A stretch of DNA of 64,000 nt from the human T2T-CHM13v2.0 reference genome, Homo sapiens. Shown here piece after piece: positions 29,800-51,160 of the stretch. The stretch lies in the NCBI RefSeq assembly GCF_009914755.1, contig NC_060925.1; one strand, written 5' to 3'. The notes beneath the pieces are model-generated. The model searched no databases, had not been told where the DNA came from, and saw nothing but the letters and a program-made list of their open reading frames with translations. Numbering within the stretch: position 1 is the stretch's first letter; each line of letters starts with the position of its first letter. The position numbers and the translations under genes were made by a program.

Positions 29800-29990
29800 G
29801 TCAAACTTTAGTTTGAACCCCAGCTCTGCCACTTGCTAAGTCTAGAGTAACTTACTCACCTTTTTATGTGTTGCTCTCTTTATAAATAAAGTGCCTACCT
29901 TCATGGGGCTGTTGTAGTAAATGAGGTAAGATGTGTTGTAAGTGCTTGGCATGGTGCCAGGCACAACATGATGTGCTCTTGATAGTACTA
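29800..29990 (+). mobile_element. MIR
   Basis: gtttgaaccccagctctgccacttgcta core. Confidence 0.7.
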
Positions 29991-30677
29991 ATCACTCTTA
30001 CCCATGCACTGGGGTTTCTTAAAACTAAATGCTAGAATAGATACATAGCATCTTGGTGACCAAGAATGCATCCTCATTTCTGGAATATTTAAGACAAAGT
30101 CAGAGGCAGAGGCTCCCCACCCCTGGCCCCTCCCATCCCTCACTGCTCCAGATTCCCTTATTGCTCAAGAGCTAGAAGGCATAAAAGGGACAAGATGACC
30201 TCCAAGATCCTCCCAACCCTAGGATTTGATGGTCCTTATTTTCTGAGTAACATTAGGTTCCTAATGGCGGTCACTCTTAGTGGCTATGACTGAGGGAGGT
30301 GTCAAATTATGTTCTACAGTGTGAGTTCAGTTATGGGGATTACTCTGAGGCTGTAAAACATGTATTTATATTTCTGCTCTGGAAAATACAATGTCCTATT
30401 CTTTCTAAGTCTTATTCATAGCTCAAATTGTCACTGAGGATCCAGAGAAAACAACATGCATAATTAGTTGCGGGCCTGGCCAAGATCTCAGAGACTCCAA
30501 GAGCAACACACTCTTTAACGTACAGAACTCTCTCTCTCTATCCTTTTTCTTTTTTTCTTCCTGCCCTCCCTATCACTCTACCCCTATATGCTACATGAAA
30601 GATTATTTTTGTTAATGTAGTCACAGGTCCAACTAACAGGCAATTACTGTCAAAACACATTAATTTTAAGAATGTGA

Positions 30678-30975
30678 GGCCAGGTGTGGTGGCTCACACC
30701 TCTAATCCCAGCACTTTGGGAAGCCAAGGGGGGGCGGATCACTTGAGCCCAGGAGTTGAAGACCAGCCTCAGCAACATGGCTAAACCCCACTCTACAAAA
30801 ATTATCCGGGTATGGTGGCACACACCTGTAGTCCCAGCTACTCGGGAGGCTGAGGCACAAGACTCACTTAAGCCTGGGAGGCAAAGGTTTCAGTGAGCCA
30901 AGAACACATCACTGCCCTCCAGCCTGGGCAACAGAGCGAGACTCCGTCTCAAAAACAAAAACAAACAAACAAAAA
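30678..30975 (+). mobile_element. AluJ/S
   Basis: Dimeric Alu; TSD aagaat(g/a)tga. Confidence 0.9.
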
Positions 30976-31452
30976 GAATATGATTGACAAATAATGATGA
31001 TATCGCCAATCAGGGGGAAAAAAAGTTTACATAATAAAAAAAAAGCCTGTCACCAGAATAAGAAATAAAGTATCCAAAACAGACATTACCATACTCTGCA
31101 TCAGTGGCTCCATAGCATAAAATGATCTGAAACTCCTTGAAGGAGGAACTAGATGGGTAGGTGTTGGTGCAGCTGCAGGCCCTGAATTACATGGTGGCCA
31201 TTCTTCAGAAGACAATTTTTCACAGCATGGCAGAGAGACCCAGAATTTAAACTCAGCCGTCACTCAGGAGGAGTAAAGAAGTGACAGAATTGAGAGTTGG
31301 AGCTACACAGGGGCTTCCAGTGATGTCAGCATCTGGTGGGTTTTCACCAGGGGGGTAATTGCACACCTTGCTCAGTTTCACTCTTTCTCCATTATAGGAG
31401 CCTCAGACATTTCCGAACTAATTTGGTTGAGTGCTCAGAAAAGCATCAAGCT

Positions 31453-31748
<296 letters not shown>

Positions 31749-31864
31749 AAGAAAAGCATCAAGCCGGTTTTAGGATAGATAATCAGCCTTTCTTTGCAGG
31801 CCGAAGTCCTCTCATTCTTACTCAGCCAGTCAGCCCACAAATATAAGCAAGCTCGCCAGATCCT

Positions 31865-31919
31865 CAGCACACCAGAAGATACCCCAGCTTTACAGCACAC
31901 CAGAAGATAACCCAGCTTA
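31865..31919. repeat. 28-bp tandem duplication
   Basis: cagcacaccagaagata(c/a)cccagctt x2. Confidence 0.9.
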
Positions 31920-32417
31920 ATGGTTCCAAATAGTGTCATGTCAAGTCATGCTGCAGAGATCCCATCAGAGCTCCAGCAGAACTCATGAAATTACATAACA
32001 AATAATGCTCTCTCCCTTCCAGCCTGGAGTAGCAGAAAGAGGTGGAGCTGCGATTAAGAGTCCTGTGCAAGAGCTTAACTTTGGGCCTCCACCTTCTTAT
32101 AAGAGGTGAGCAGGATAATCCCTGAGGTCCCTCATTGTTTGGACATTCTATGGCATGCACTGCCTCGTGGAAAAGAAAGCCCTCTCTTCACTCCCAGATG
32201 CAGATTCTGATGGCTCTCTCAAGTATGTTAATATTTTGTTATCGTTTCCTTTTTCCTTGGGAGAAAAGAAGGAAGGACAGAGAGAGAAAAGCCTTTAGAA
32301 ATCAACAAAATTAAAACCATAAAACACAAAGCCATGCTTTTTAGAGTTGCTCAGCTGCTGGGGCAGGAATAAAGCAGCTCCTCTGCAATGCAAGAGGCTG
32401 TAGAAGAGGCATTCTAA

Positions 32418-32751
<334 letters not shown>

Positions 32752-32924
32752 TCACCTGGTTATCAAATCCAACTTGTATATTCAAAGTGAAATGCAGGAT
32801 GCCACTGACAACATGCCTGGAGGCTCAGAGGTCTCCAGTGAGCTAGAAAACAAGACACCACATTCCTCCCTGCTCCTGCCCCAGAAAGATTTCCTGGCTT
32901 CTCAGCCTCTGTTTCCTAATCTAA

Positions 32925-33582
<658 letters not shown>

Positions 33583-34096
33583 AGGCAGAGCAATCCTTGC
33601 CAATTAAGGAATGTTTCAGTGTCCCCCTCTTCCCACCAACTGTCAGAAGAGAAAAGAAAGTTTCCCTGAGGGGTTTGGGGAGGAGTTTCCTTCTTGTTTC
33701 CATCACTACAGCCAGACAAACTGTCTCCAAACTGCCTGTGATCACTACAGCAATGTTAATTATTACTGGAAAATGAAGAGAAAAATCATTTAGCCCTGGG
33801 ATCTAGGTGACCATGGGTGCAACATTCAAATCCGCTTCAGTTCAAAAGGATTTTCAGGGGAAAATTCCACTGTCTGCTCCCCAAGCCATCACTTTCCTGG
33901 CTGCCTATCACTCACCCCCAGAGCTTCCTCCTCCACTCACCCTAACTGCCCAATCAAAGAGCAACCTCAGGTCCCCACCCAGGTAGAGACAACATCCCAT
34001 GTCACACACCTCAGGGCAGCTTCACATCTGGAAGGGACGAAAACTGGAACGGTCATTCCGGATATTGTCTTTCCTGCCTATCTGGGGACTAAGGCA

Positions 34097-34097
<1 letters not shown>

Positions 34098-34150
<53 letters not shown>
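34098..34150. repeat. (TG)~26 microsatellite
   Basis: Direct reading. Confidence 0.97.
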
Positions 34151-34152
<2 letters not shown>

Positions 34153-34313
34153 CAGAGTGTTTTTCATGTTTACATGAAGTTTCCATCCAAAACAAAACAA
34201 AATTTCTCCCATTAAAGAGAAAAGGTCCCCAAAGGCAGTGCTTCTCTAAATATGTGCCTCAGGATATGTGATGAGCAAAAATGCTCTTTGGTTTTATATC
34301 AAAAGACAGTTTA

Positions 34314-34650
34314 GGGCTCACGCCTTAATCCCAACACTTTGGGAGGCTAAGGCGGTGGATCACTTGAGTCCAGCAGTTCGAGACCAGCCTGGGCAGCATG
34401 GCAAGACCCTGTTTCTACAAAAAATAAAAAAAAAAATCTCAACTACTCAGAGGTTGAGGTGGAAGGATCACCTGAGCCTGGGGAGATTGAGGCTGCAGTG
34501 AGCTGTGATCATGCCACTGCACTCCAGCCTGGGTGACAGAGTGAGATCCTGTCTCAAAAAAGAAAGAAAAAAGAAAGAAAGAGAGAAAAAGAGAGAGAGA
34601 GAAAGAGACAGAGGAAGGAAGGAAGGAAGGAGGGAAAGAAGGAAGGAGGA
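34314..34650 (+). mobile_element. AluJ with GA/GGAA tail
   Basis: Alu with internal deletion. Confidence 0.85.
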
Positions 34651-34661
34651 GCTTAACAGCA

Positions 34662-34858
34662 TTTTTCTTTTTGAGGGACTCACTCTGTTGCCCGAGCTGA
34701 GTGCTGTGGCATGATCATGGTTTACTGAAGCCTCGACTTCCTGGGCTCAAGCAATCTTCTTGCCTCAGCCTCCCAAGTAGCTGGAAGGTGCTCACCACTA
34801 TGTCCAGCTAATTTTTTATTATTTGTAGAGACAGGGTCTCACTATGTTGCCCAGGATG
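34662..34858 (-). mobile_element. Truncated AluJ
   Basis: TSD gagcttaac(a/t)g. Confidence 0.85.
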
Positions 34859-35280
34859 GAGCTTAACTGTCTTAAACTGATTTCTGGACTATGAGACTTT
34901 GCAGGTATGTACTGTGAGCCTCCAAGTAATGGATACGGCTTTCGGTATCACTGAATTTCACTGGACCATGGAACGCTTTCATCTTGCTGTTAATTATGGA
35001 ACTAATGCTCTTCAGAATATACTCTGGGAAAAGCTGTCTTTGGATGAGGATAAGAATTTCTTCTTTTCCCATTTCCTAATCTCTGATTTATTAATTACTC
35101 TTTTGGAATTGTGGAAGCAGGACTTGATTTAGAAACACAGGTCACCACAGCAACTTGAGAATCTGTTGGATGTTCAGTTTGGGAGCCTAAGAATCATTTT
35201 CTAAGCTTTTCTTATTCTGGTAGCTGAAGAAGAATAGACTTATTTGTCCACAACTTCCTCATCAGAAAAGCAGCCTTTGA

Positions 35281-35418
35281 GCTGGATGTGGTGGCTCATA
35301 CCTATAATCTCAACATGTTGGGAGGCCCAGGCAGAAGGATTGCTTGAGGCCAGGAGTTCGAGACCAGTCTGGGCAACATAATGAGATCTCATCTCTACAA
35401 GAAAAAAAAAAAAAAAAG
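35281..35418 (+). mobile_element. FLAM/Alu left monomer
   Basis: Left arm with A tail, directly upstream of the EIF1 retrocopy. Confidence 0.85.
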
Positions 35419-35426
35419 CAGGGGGG

Positions 35427-36092
35427 TCCAGTCACTGAGCCACCACCGAGGACTCAGCAGCCTCCCTTTTGAGCCCCCTCACTTCCTGACATTCCGTCCC
35501 GGCTGCCTGCCTTCTCCCGCCACCGCTGCCTTCCGCAGGCCGTTTCCACCGAGGAAAAGGAATCGTATTGTAAGTTCGCTATCCAGAACCTCCACTCTTT
35601 CGACCCCTTTGCTGATGCAAGTAAGGGTGATGACCTGCTTCCTGCTGGCACTGAGGATTATATCCATATAAGAATTCAACAGAGAAATGGCAGGAAGACC
35701 CTTACTACTGTCCAAGGGATTGCTGATGATTATGATAAAAAGAAACTAGTGAAGGCATTTAAGAATTTTGCCTGCAATGGTACTGTAATTGAGCATCCAG
35801 AGTATGGAGAAGTAATTCAGCCTCAGGGTGACCAATGCAATAACATATGCCAGTTCCTCGTAGAGCTTGGACTGGCTAAGGACGATCAGCTGAAGGTTCA
35901 TGTGTTTTAAGTGCCTGTGGCTCACTGAAGCTTAAGTGAGGATTTCCTTGCACTGAGTAGAATTTCCCTTCTGTCCCTTGTCACAACTTGGAAAACCTCC
36001 ACAGCTTATGTAATGTAACCGTTTGGGGTCTGCTCTTAACTTGGACTAGTGTAACTCCTTCATGCAATAAACTGAAAAGAGCCAAAAAAAAA
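35427..36092 (+). pseudogene. EIF1P3: Processed pseudogene of EIF1 (eIF1/SUI1); CDS-homologous region 35572-35910
   Basis: Translates KFAIQNLHSFDPFADASKGDDLLPAGTEDYIHIRIQQRNGRKTLTTVQGIADDYDKKKLVKAFKNFACNGTVIEHPEYGEVIQPQGDQCNNICQFLVELGLAKDDQLKVHVF*; 5'UTR, 3'UTR, AATAAA 36066-36071 and A tail present; intronless; ATG>AAG. The locus number is recalled and unverified. Confidence 0.96.
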
Positions 36093-36300
36093 GTGTCGGG
36101 GAGCAGTCTTTTATCTCAGAAACCCAAGATCTCCAAGAGGAAAGAGACCTTAGCATTGTCCTGAAGCCCGTTACTTTTTCCAAGTACCTTTGAGACCAAC
36201 TCATTTGAACTTCCTCCTCTCGGACTCCTCTCTACAACTTCTCTCTACAACTTACCAGTGGATATACTTTAATGGGATACAGATGGGGTTTTAATTTTAT

Positions 36301-36479
36301 GCAGTGGCTCTCAAAGTGCAGTTCCCAGACAAGAAGCATCAGCAGCACCTGGAAACTTGTTAGAACTGCCCTACTCCCAGATAAGAAGAATCTGAAACTC
36401 TGGGAACAAAGACTGAGCAATCTTGTTTTAAAAAGCCTTCCAGGTGATTCTGTTGCATGTTAAAGCTTGAGAGCCCCTG
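36301..36479. mobile_element. MER5A (hAT-Charlie MITE)
   Basis: cagtggctctcaaagtg...agcatcagcagcacctggaaacttgttaga...ttgagagcccctg. Confidence 0.8.
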
Positions 36480-36509
36480 GCCTTGAGAAATCCTCTTTTA
36501 CATTTTCAT

Positions 36510-36860
36510 TTATTCATTCTGCAAATATTTGCTGAAGACTGAGGCTAGAGTAGTGTTCAAGACAAACAAGGTCCTTAACCAAAGGAACTAAACAATAAAC
36601 AATAAACAAACACCGAAATGAGATTGTTAAAGTTAGGGTGGTAGGCAAAATGAATGAGGGAGGACAATTTAAATAGAGAAGTCCATGAGAGCTTCTCAGA
36701 GGAGGTGACATCTGAGCTGAGACCTGAAGAAGCAGAACGAGCCATCCTTTTAAGGAGCGGGAGAAAAGGCATTCAGATGGGAAGAACAGCAGTGTCAAAG
36801 CCCCTGAGATGAGAAAGGGTCGAAGGTATTGGAGGATGAGAGACAGGCCAGAGAGTAGGA
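36510..36860 (-). mobile_element. L2 3' fragment
   Basis: ttcatttattcattc...gcttctcagaggaggtgacatctgagctgagacctgaag. Confidence 0.75.
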
Positions 36861-36928
36861 ATAAATTAGTCTGGAAGATGCAGATTCCCACACACCCCAT
36901 CCAATGAGCTATTTATTCAGCAGGTTCA

Positions 36929-37345
<417 letters not shown>

Positions 37346-38207
37346 CTATAGCATGTCAGAGCCGAAGGGGCAGCACAACTAAGACATGTAAAACTGCAGA
37401 TCAGGCTTCATGCTTAGCAAGTGGAAACCTGATATTATGGACTCTGTCCAGTGCCCTTGTCACTAAGAAAATGTGCCCAGAGATCAGCACTGGGCCCAAC
37501 CTTGCGGGATTTCCTCAGTTGGTCAGTCAGTGAAGTTTGCTACTGGGCTTCCCTGAGGGAGATTCACTGTGTGTCCACACCCCACACGCCTGCAGACATT
37601 TGTCCAGAGAGAGAACATGCGTGCTAAACATTGTGATCCCTAGATGACCCCTCTGGCTCCCCAAAGAGATCTAGCTGGAGAGCAAAACAGCAAGCAAAGT
37701 GGACCATAGCCAACGTGGACCTAAATTTGAACAAGCTGGGGGAGTAGCCTCGGCCTGGACTGTGACATGGGGAGGAGGGTATCACTTCCTGAGTTCCTGC
37801 TCAGAGCAGGGGAGGATCCCTATCTCTTGGCAGATGCTCCATAAACGGCAGTTGAATGTTGAAAGAAGGATTAACAAAGGACTGAAGCAGTTGGGTATGC
37901 GGGACTGTGAGAGGTAAAGGGTTTCTCTGTGTAGATTAGATCGTCAGGTCCTCAAAGAGAACAGAACACTTAGTCCACCCACCTTTCCACCACACGTGCC
38001 CAGCAAGAGCCTTAGCATTGGCCTCTTGTGTGATTTCACGGTCCCTAACACTGTTTTCCAGGTGCTAGGCAGCTGTGCCAATTCTAGGGTGTAATCAAAG
38101 AATGAGACAAAGCTGCAGAGAATGAAGGCACTTTTACTTAGATTAAGTTTGCTAACTGTGTTGCACTGTATAATTTTTCAAGCATTTTTGCTTCTATTAG
38201 CTCATAA

Positions 38208-38572
<365 letters not shown>

Positions 38573-38804
38573 TAAGGAGTCTTAAATAATTATCACTTCC
38601 TCCAAGTTAATCTGTTTCATCATTCTGCTTATCTCCCTCAGAGCACGCATCATAGTTGGTGGCTATCTTATTTAACCGTTTCCTCGTTGACTATCTCCCC
38701 ACTGTGGAATGGGGAGGCTCCGTAAGGGCAGGGATTACTGCCATCTTGTTCAGCACCATACCCCACCACTAGGAAGAGCTGGTTCCATTAATGAATGGAA
38801 CGAG

Positions 38805-38940
38805 TAACAATTCAAAAGCAGGTGATAGTCAGTCGAGTCCCCGAGGCACAGAGAGAAAGAGTGAGCTGCCTAACAATTCAAAAGCAGATGATAGTCAGTC
38901 AAGTCCCTGAGGCACAGAGAGAAAGAGTGAGCTGCCTAAC
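38805..38940. repeat. 66-bp tandem duplication
   Basis: Units 38805-38870 and 38871-38936, 3 substitutions. Confidence 0.95.
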
Positions 38941-39293
38941 CCCTAATGCCAGGTTAGTGGCAGAACCTGTGCTAGAATTTGGGGCCTTCTGGCCCCTAGT
39001 ACCATAGTCAGGAGGATGCTGCCCCTGTCCTGGAAGGGAGAGGAGAGACAATCGCATACCTACAGGGGAGGGAAATGAGAGACAGCAAGACACCAAAATC
39101 AGCCTGTCTGTCCTCTCTATAGACAGTATCCCCAACCCATGGGTTTCCTACTGTGTGATGAGAACCTCAAGCCAAGGAGACAGAATTTGTATTACCATTG
39201 AGTTAAAACCTTTGAGCACATCCTCTTACACCAGTACCACTCACTGCCTGAGCCTTGCCAGAACCCAGAGGTGAGGACTCGGGTCAGTGGGAC

Positions 39294-39651
39294 TGTCTTA
39301 GTCTGCTCAGGCTGCTACAACAAAATATGGGATGGGCAGCTTTAATAACAGACATTTATCTCCCACAGTTCTGGAGGTGAGAAGTCCGAGACCAGGGGCC
39401 AGCATGGTCAGGTACGGGTGAGGGCTCTCTTCCTGACTTGCAGACAGCTGCCTTGTCACCATACATCTTCCTCTTTGGAAGATGTCTCTTATCCTCTTAG
39501 AGGGCACTAATCCCGTCATGGGGCCTCGCCTTCATAACCTTATCTAAACCTAATCACCTCCCAAAGGTCCCACCATCCAACACAATCACATTGCGGGTTG
39601 GGGCTTTAACATACGAATTTGGAGGGGGACAGAAACATTCACTCCATAACA
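39294..39651 (-). mobile_element. MLT1A-like MaLR solo LTR
   Basis: TGTCTTAGTC...CCATAACA termini; TSD GGGAC (39289-39293/39652-39656). Confidence 0.88.
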
Positions 39652-40946
39652 GGGACCCAGAAGGTGGCAGCCCCAGAGCAAAGGGTTGCTGAATGTGAAC
39701 CTTCTGTGATCTTCAGCCAAAGCTGAGAAGGGGAGGTAAAAGGAAATGAGCAAGGAAGATGGAGAATTCTACCCATGGGTTAGTTTACAACAGTTCCAGG
39801 ACAGTTCCCATGGGCTTGCTGGGCTCACCAGGCTCCACTGGGAAATGAAGGCCACTCAGCTGGACCCCATTAGCAGGCCTAGATTTCCATTCCAGTTTGC
39901 CGCTGACCTGGTGCGGGCTAGCATGCTGCCCGAGGCTGGGAAAGAGTGAGGGACAATCTCGGCACTGAGTCACCCAGCTCAGCAACCAGGAAGCTTACAT
40001 AACAAGATGGATTCCACGTGTTTGTACATCAGGCTCAGGCTACGGGGCAGGCAGGAAAAGGGTGAGCTTGGGGACCACAGGAGGGAATGGGAGGTGGTTT
40101 TGAGCACCCTGGTGCTGCATCTGTCTGTGCCAGGAAGTCGCTGTGGACTCAGGAGACTGTGAGAGGGCACCTGACGTGGCAGAGCCCCTAGAGATTACAG
40201 ATACAGACTGAAGAGAACAACATAGAACATTAGCTTTAAATCAGTATTACACAATTCTCATGCACCCTGTCCTCAAGGCTGGGGAATGTTAAATAGCCAA
40301 GTAAAAAGAAACACGGGAGGCAAATGAGTAAGAGACTTAGTAAAAACCTGAACTCCTGGACTAAGATTTGTCTTCAGGATATTGTTACTGCCACAGAGAT
40401 AGCAATCACAGTGACATTGGAACGATGTTTGTTGGGTAGGGAAACAGTCTGTGGGCTAGAAAAATGTGAGTGGGCAGCTGTTTGAACTTCACTGCAAAGC
40501 TCTTTTCAGACATGACCCTTTACAGATGAAAATGAGGAGACAGGCCATGTTAGGAGACTTTCCTGGGAATTGGTGGAAAGGGGGCATCCTTCCTTTCAAG
40601 TCTTTTTCCACCCTAGCTTTTTTTATCTGCAACCTCTGCCTCCTGGGTTCCAGTGATCCAATCACTTCCAAGAAAGCAACCCCCAAACCCCCCTACCCCA
40701 CACATACTTCGGTAACATGGCCTAGAGAAGTTGTCTACAAATAAAATAAGCCCTTCTTTCCCATCCAAAAACTATTTCTTTCATGTATATTTTTTAATGT
40801 GCATACAATTTCTCAGCCTCTTGGCACAAAGGAAGTGATAGGCTGTTGTACTATTTCTGCTCTGCGTAGAGTGAGAAGTGCTTTCTTCTCTAGAGGGAGA
40901 GATTTCAATCAGAATTCTAGATCACCCTGGGTCATCTACTTGCCTC

Positions 40947-41253
<307 letters not shown>

Positions 41254-41333
41254 TGAGCCTATTTCCTCCTCTGTAAAATGGGGTGATTGTAGTATGTAAC
41301 TTCACAGGGTCTCTGAAAGCTAAAGGAGATTGA

Positions 41334-41585
<252 letters not shown>

Positions 41586-42073
41586 TAAAATTATTTCTAA
41601 ATAAAATTGTGAAGAAGGTATCAGAAAGTGAAAAGGAGATTATGTTTTATCTTGCAGGGATAATAAAAGGACAGTGTTTTTGTTTTTACTGACTGTTTTT
41701 TTTTTTCTTGTCTGACAAACACAAAAAGAATCTGATTAAAGCCATAGCCAAACTCTCCAATGGGGGAAAAAAAAGATATTTTTCAAATGCCCATACAATT
41801 TCAGAGGGATCATGGGTACTCTGAGGGTCACTAGGGATCTGAAAATAAAAGTCCTATTATGTAAAGGATTTGTGCCCATAATAAGTCCATGCCTGCCTCT
41901 TGGGCATCTTCAGGGAACAAGGAGGAAGAGAAGAAGTCATCACTGAAAATCTTGTGACACAAATAGGTCACCCCTAGGGGACAAATACTCTAACACGCTT
42001 TTTTTTTTTTTTTTAACAGAGGCCAAAGATGACTTTTGGGGACTGAAAGTGGGTTGTTTGCTTTGTTTGCTTA

Positions 42074-42737
<664 letters not shown>

Positions 42738-43339
42738 TTAATAAGCAGATTCAAAACTTAGGACTCAGAGCCTCTAACCTGAAAAATCCTTCAGAAAGTG
42801 GACTCCATGTCCTTTTCTCCTTCACCCTGGGCTGAACAGTGCTCAGCAGCTAACATGTGACTGCAAGCTCTTAGGTAACTGAGCTCAACCTCCAGAGGCT
42901 AAGAGAAATCAAGAGAGGTATGGGTAAGATCCAACTAGAGCAAGTACTCTGCACCCAGCAGGGTGATCATCAGGACCTCACTCTTAGGGCAAGAACCAAG
43001 AGAGGCCTCTTTTTGTCAGAGCATTGAGCTTCCTACATAACGGTGAGGTCCACCATGTCTGCTGAGTGCCAGATATTGCTTCGTGATTTCCTTCTCTCAG
43101 TCATGGCTTAAAATACATTTGTGAAGATGTAAGTGGACCATGTCTAAACAGCTCCTGTTCAACATTAATGGATTTGATATCATCTATCAGATAAACTAGC
43201 AGGAAACAGGGGTTTAAGAAAATGAGACACAGGATAGGTAAATCAGGATGGTGGGCACAATCTGGGCCATGGAATGCTGCCCAGGAGAGGTGAGCTGGGT
43301 GAGCTTCTTTTTGTTCTTTTGACCTGACCCTAGCAGTCA

Positions 43340-44385
<1,046 letters not shown>

Positions 44386-44399
44386 ATCTTTGATAACTT

Positions 44400-47520
<3,121 letters not shown>

Positions 47521-47539
47521 TCCAGAGTGATTCTTTCCA

Positions 47540-48470
<931 letters not shown>

Positions 48471-49975
48471 AGGAGCAGCCAAGGGTGCAGTGTGCTCTGA
48501 GCCAGCCGCTGGGGGCTCTTTCCATGCAGTGTCACTGTTTTCATCACCCTCTTTCTCCAGCCCCTCAGGATGCCATGGTTGGCAAGCCCATGGGTCTGAG
48601 TCAGTACAGAGCCAGGCAGGGTTTGTCCCTGGGCTTCATGGATTCTCGGAAGGCAAACAGTGTCAGAAACATTCTTTCTAGGACTCGTGAGTTCAGCCCA
48701 GGCCAGAAATAGCACCCAGCCATGTGCCTTCTAGTATTTCTGCACATCAGCTTCTCCTCCCACTGGAATGGCAAAGAGGAGCGTGGAAGGCTGAAAACAA
48801 CTCCAGGCCTCAGGAAGAGCCTCAAAGATAGGGCAGAAGATGAGAATGCACTGCTTTGCATGTCAGTTTCCCTGCCTGGTGCCAGCCCAGGCCCAGCTGT
48901 GTGCTTACCTCATGGGAGGCCTGTAACCTGAGTCAATTTTGTCCTTGCCCCTTTGGAAGGCCTGCCTATTACTTACTTGGTGTTGCCAGTGAGGTCTCAG
49001 GGAACAGACGTCACATTGCCCATCTTCTAGCTGTTCTGGCATAACTAACCAAGACTGACTAAGCAAGCACAGGGCTCAACAGTTTTACCTTCTGAGCAAA
49101 CCTAGTGAATCGCAGAGAGGCGGGCCCCCTTCTCCCCTTCCCTCAGGGCAAGGAAGGCTAAGGTGGAGGCTACTTTAAGAGGGGGCCTTGCACCAAACAT
49201 TTTCTTCTAAACTCTAATGAGTCTTGGAAAATGCTCCCTGAGCTTGGATGCCCAAATAATCATTGTCCAGTCAGGAGGTTGAAAGCATATTGCCAGCCCC
49301 TTGCCCCTCCCCCCACCCAAAAAAAACAGGAAAAACTTGAGGGCTTTTCCAGCCCTGGACTTAAGGTGCTTATCTCTTTCCTTTGGTTCCTTTTTGTTTG
49401 GGTGGAAATTGCAAACAGCAACCAAGATTAGCTCCCATATTCTCCCAGGTTGTCACTGGGCAGGACTATGTCAGGGCTTTCTCCCCCACCACCCATTTCC
49501 AGGGTAGTCCAAGAAGCACATTTCAAAGCCCTTTCTTCTCTTCTTCCCACCTGTCCCCCTGCCCCTTATTGACATCTGGTGGATAGATATTCCTTAGCCA
49601 GTCAGAATGAGTGGGGTCCATGTTGATCAACTGAGAGTAAGCCAAGAATCCTCAAATCAGAGGAATCTAAACCTCCAGTCATTACTCAGGGTTTCCAGAG
49701 TTTTCCTGAACCTGGACCAATATCCAATGATCCCCATCACCACCAGTACCTGCTGGGGTCCCCCAATCCAGCTAAGAAAGGGACTGCTATGTACTAGACA
49801 TGGTATATATTATATTTCATTTGCTCCATGTGAGCTCCTGAGATAAATACCACTGTACCCATTTTATAGGTGAGGAAACTGAATGCAGAGAGGTTGCATG
49901 GCTTATCCAAAGCTATCCAGCTTGGGTAAGGCCCCATCAATTTGTACTACCTTGTGAGGTCTCCCAGCCAGTTCA

Positions 49976-50395
<420 letters not shown>

Positions 50396-50939
50396 CTAGT
50401 TGCAATCTGATATCCCAGTGTAATTATTGGTAGTGCCCTCTTCTCGAAATTGTCTTAGTCACTATCCAATATACACTGGGAGCAAAAGAGTGGGAAAAAC
50501 TACACAATGAATTGCTCAAGTGGTCACTCAGAAGTCAGCATGAGAAAGTTCTGGTTAGAGCTGTGATGTTCTCCAGGCTTGCCCCACTCTACATTCTCCT
50601 GCTGGCCTTGCCTCAAATGTTCCCTTCCTTGCACAATCCCAGAGATATGACCTACTGAACAGGAGGAAATGAGGTTGGACCATGCCAGAGAGTTCTTACT
50701 ACCCTAGGCGACCCTTCTAAGGGGTCCCTGAATCACCACAAACACACTAATTTTCCAGGTGTGTCCTTCCAACCCTAACAGGTAAAGCATTCTCTTCTGT
50801 ACAGGAGAAATCTAAGCAACCACTAGGGGTTTGAATGTCTCTCAGGGAAGAAAATAAAAATGTCTTTGACCAAAGCTTTTACTCCATTCCACATTGGAGC
50901 TTCCCCTGAGACTACCCTGTGTGACATACTGGAATGACA

Positions 50940-51160
50940 CAGTGGAAAGAGTAAATATTTAGAAATTAGAGATCTGATTTTATATTCTAGTTTGCTTATT
51001 ATTTGGTGACTTTGGGTAAGTTACTCAACCTCTCTGAGCTTCAGCTTTCTAATTCATCTGAGAAGTGGGTATAACAATGCCTGCTTTGCAATGTAATTGC
51101 AAAATATTGGATAAGATTATGTTAAAGTGTCTGGCACATAAAAGTTACTTATTAATAGTG
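50940..51160 (+). mobile_element. MIR
   Basis: gtgactttgggtaagttactcaacctctctgagcttcag. Confidence 0.75.

Noticed and set aside
31027-31263. 78-aa ORF with hydrophobic C-terminus
   Set aside because: GTG start, no recognised family, length expected by chance
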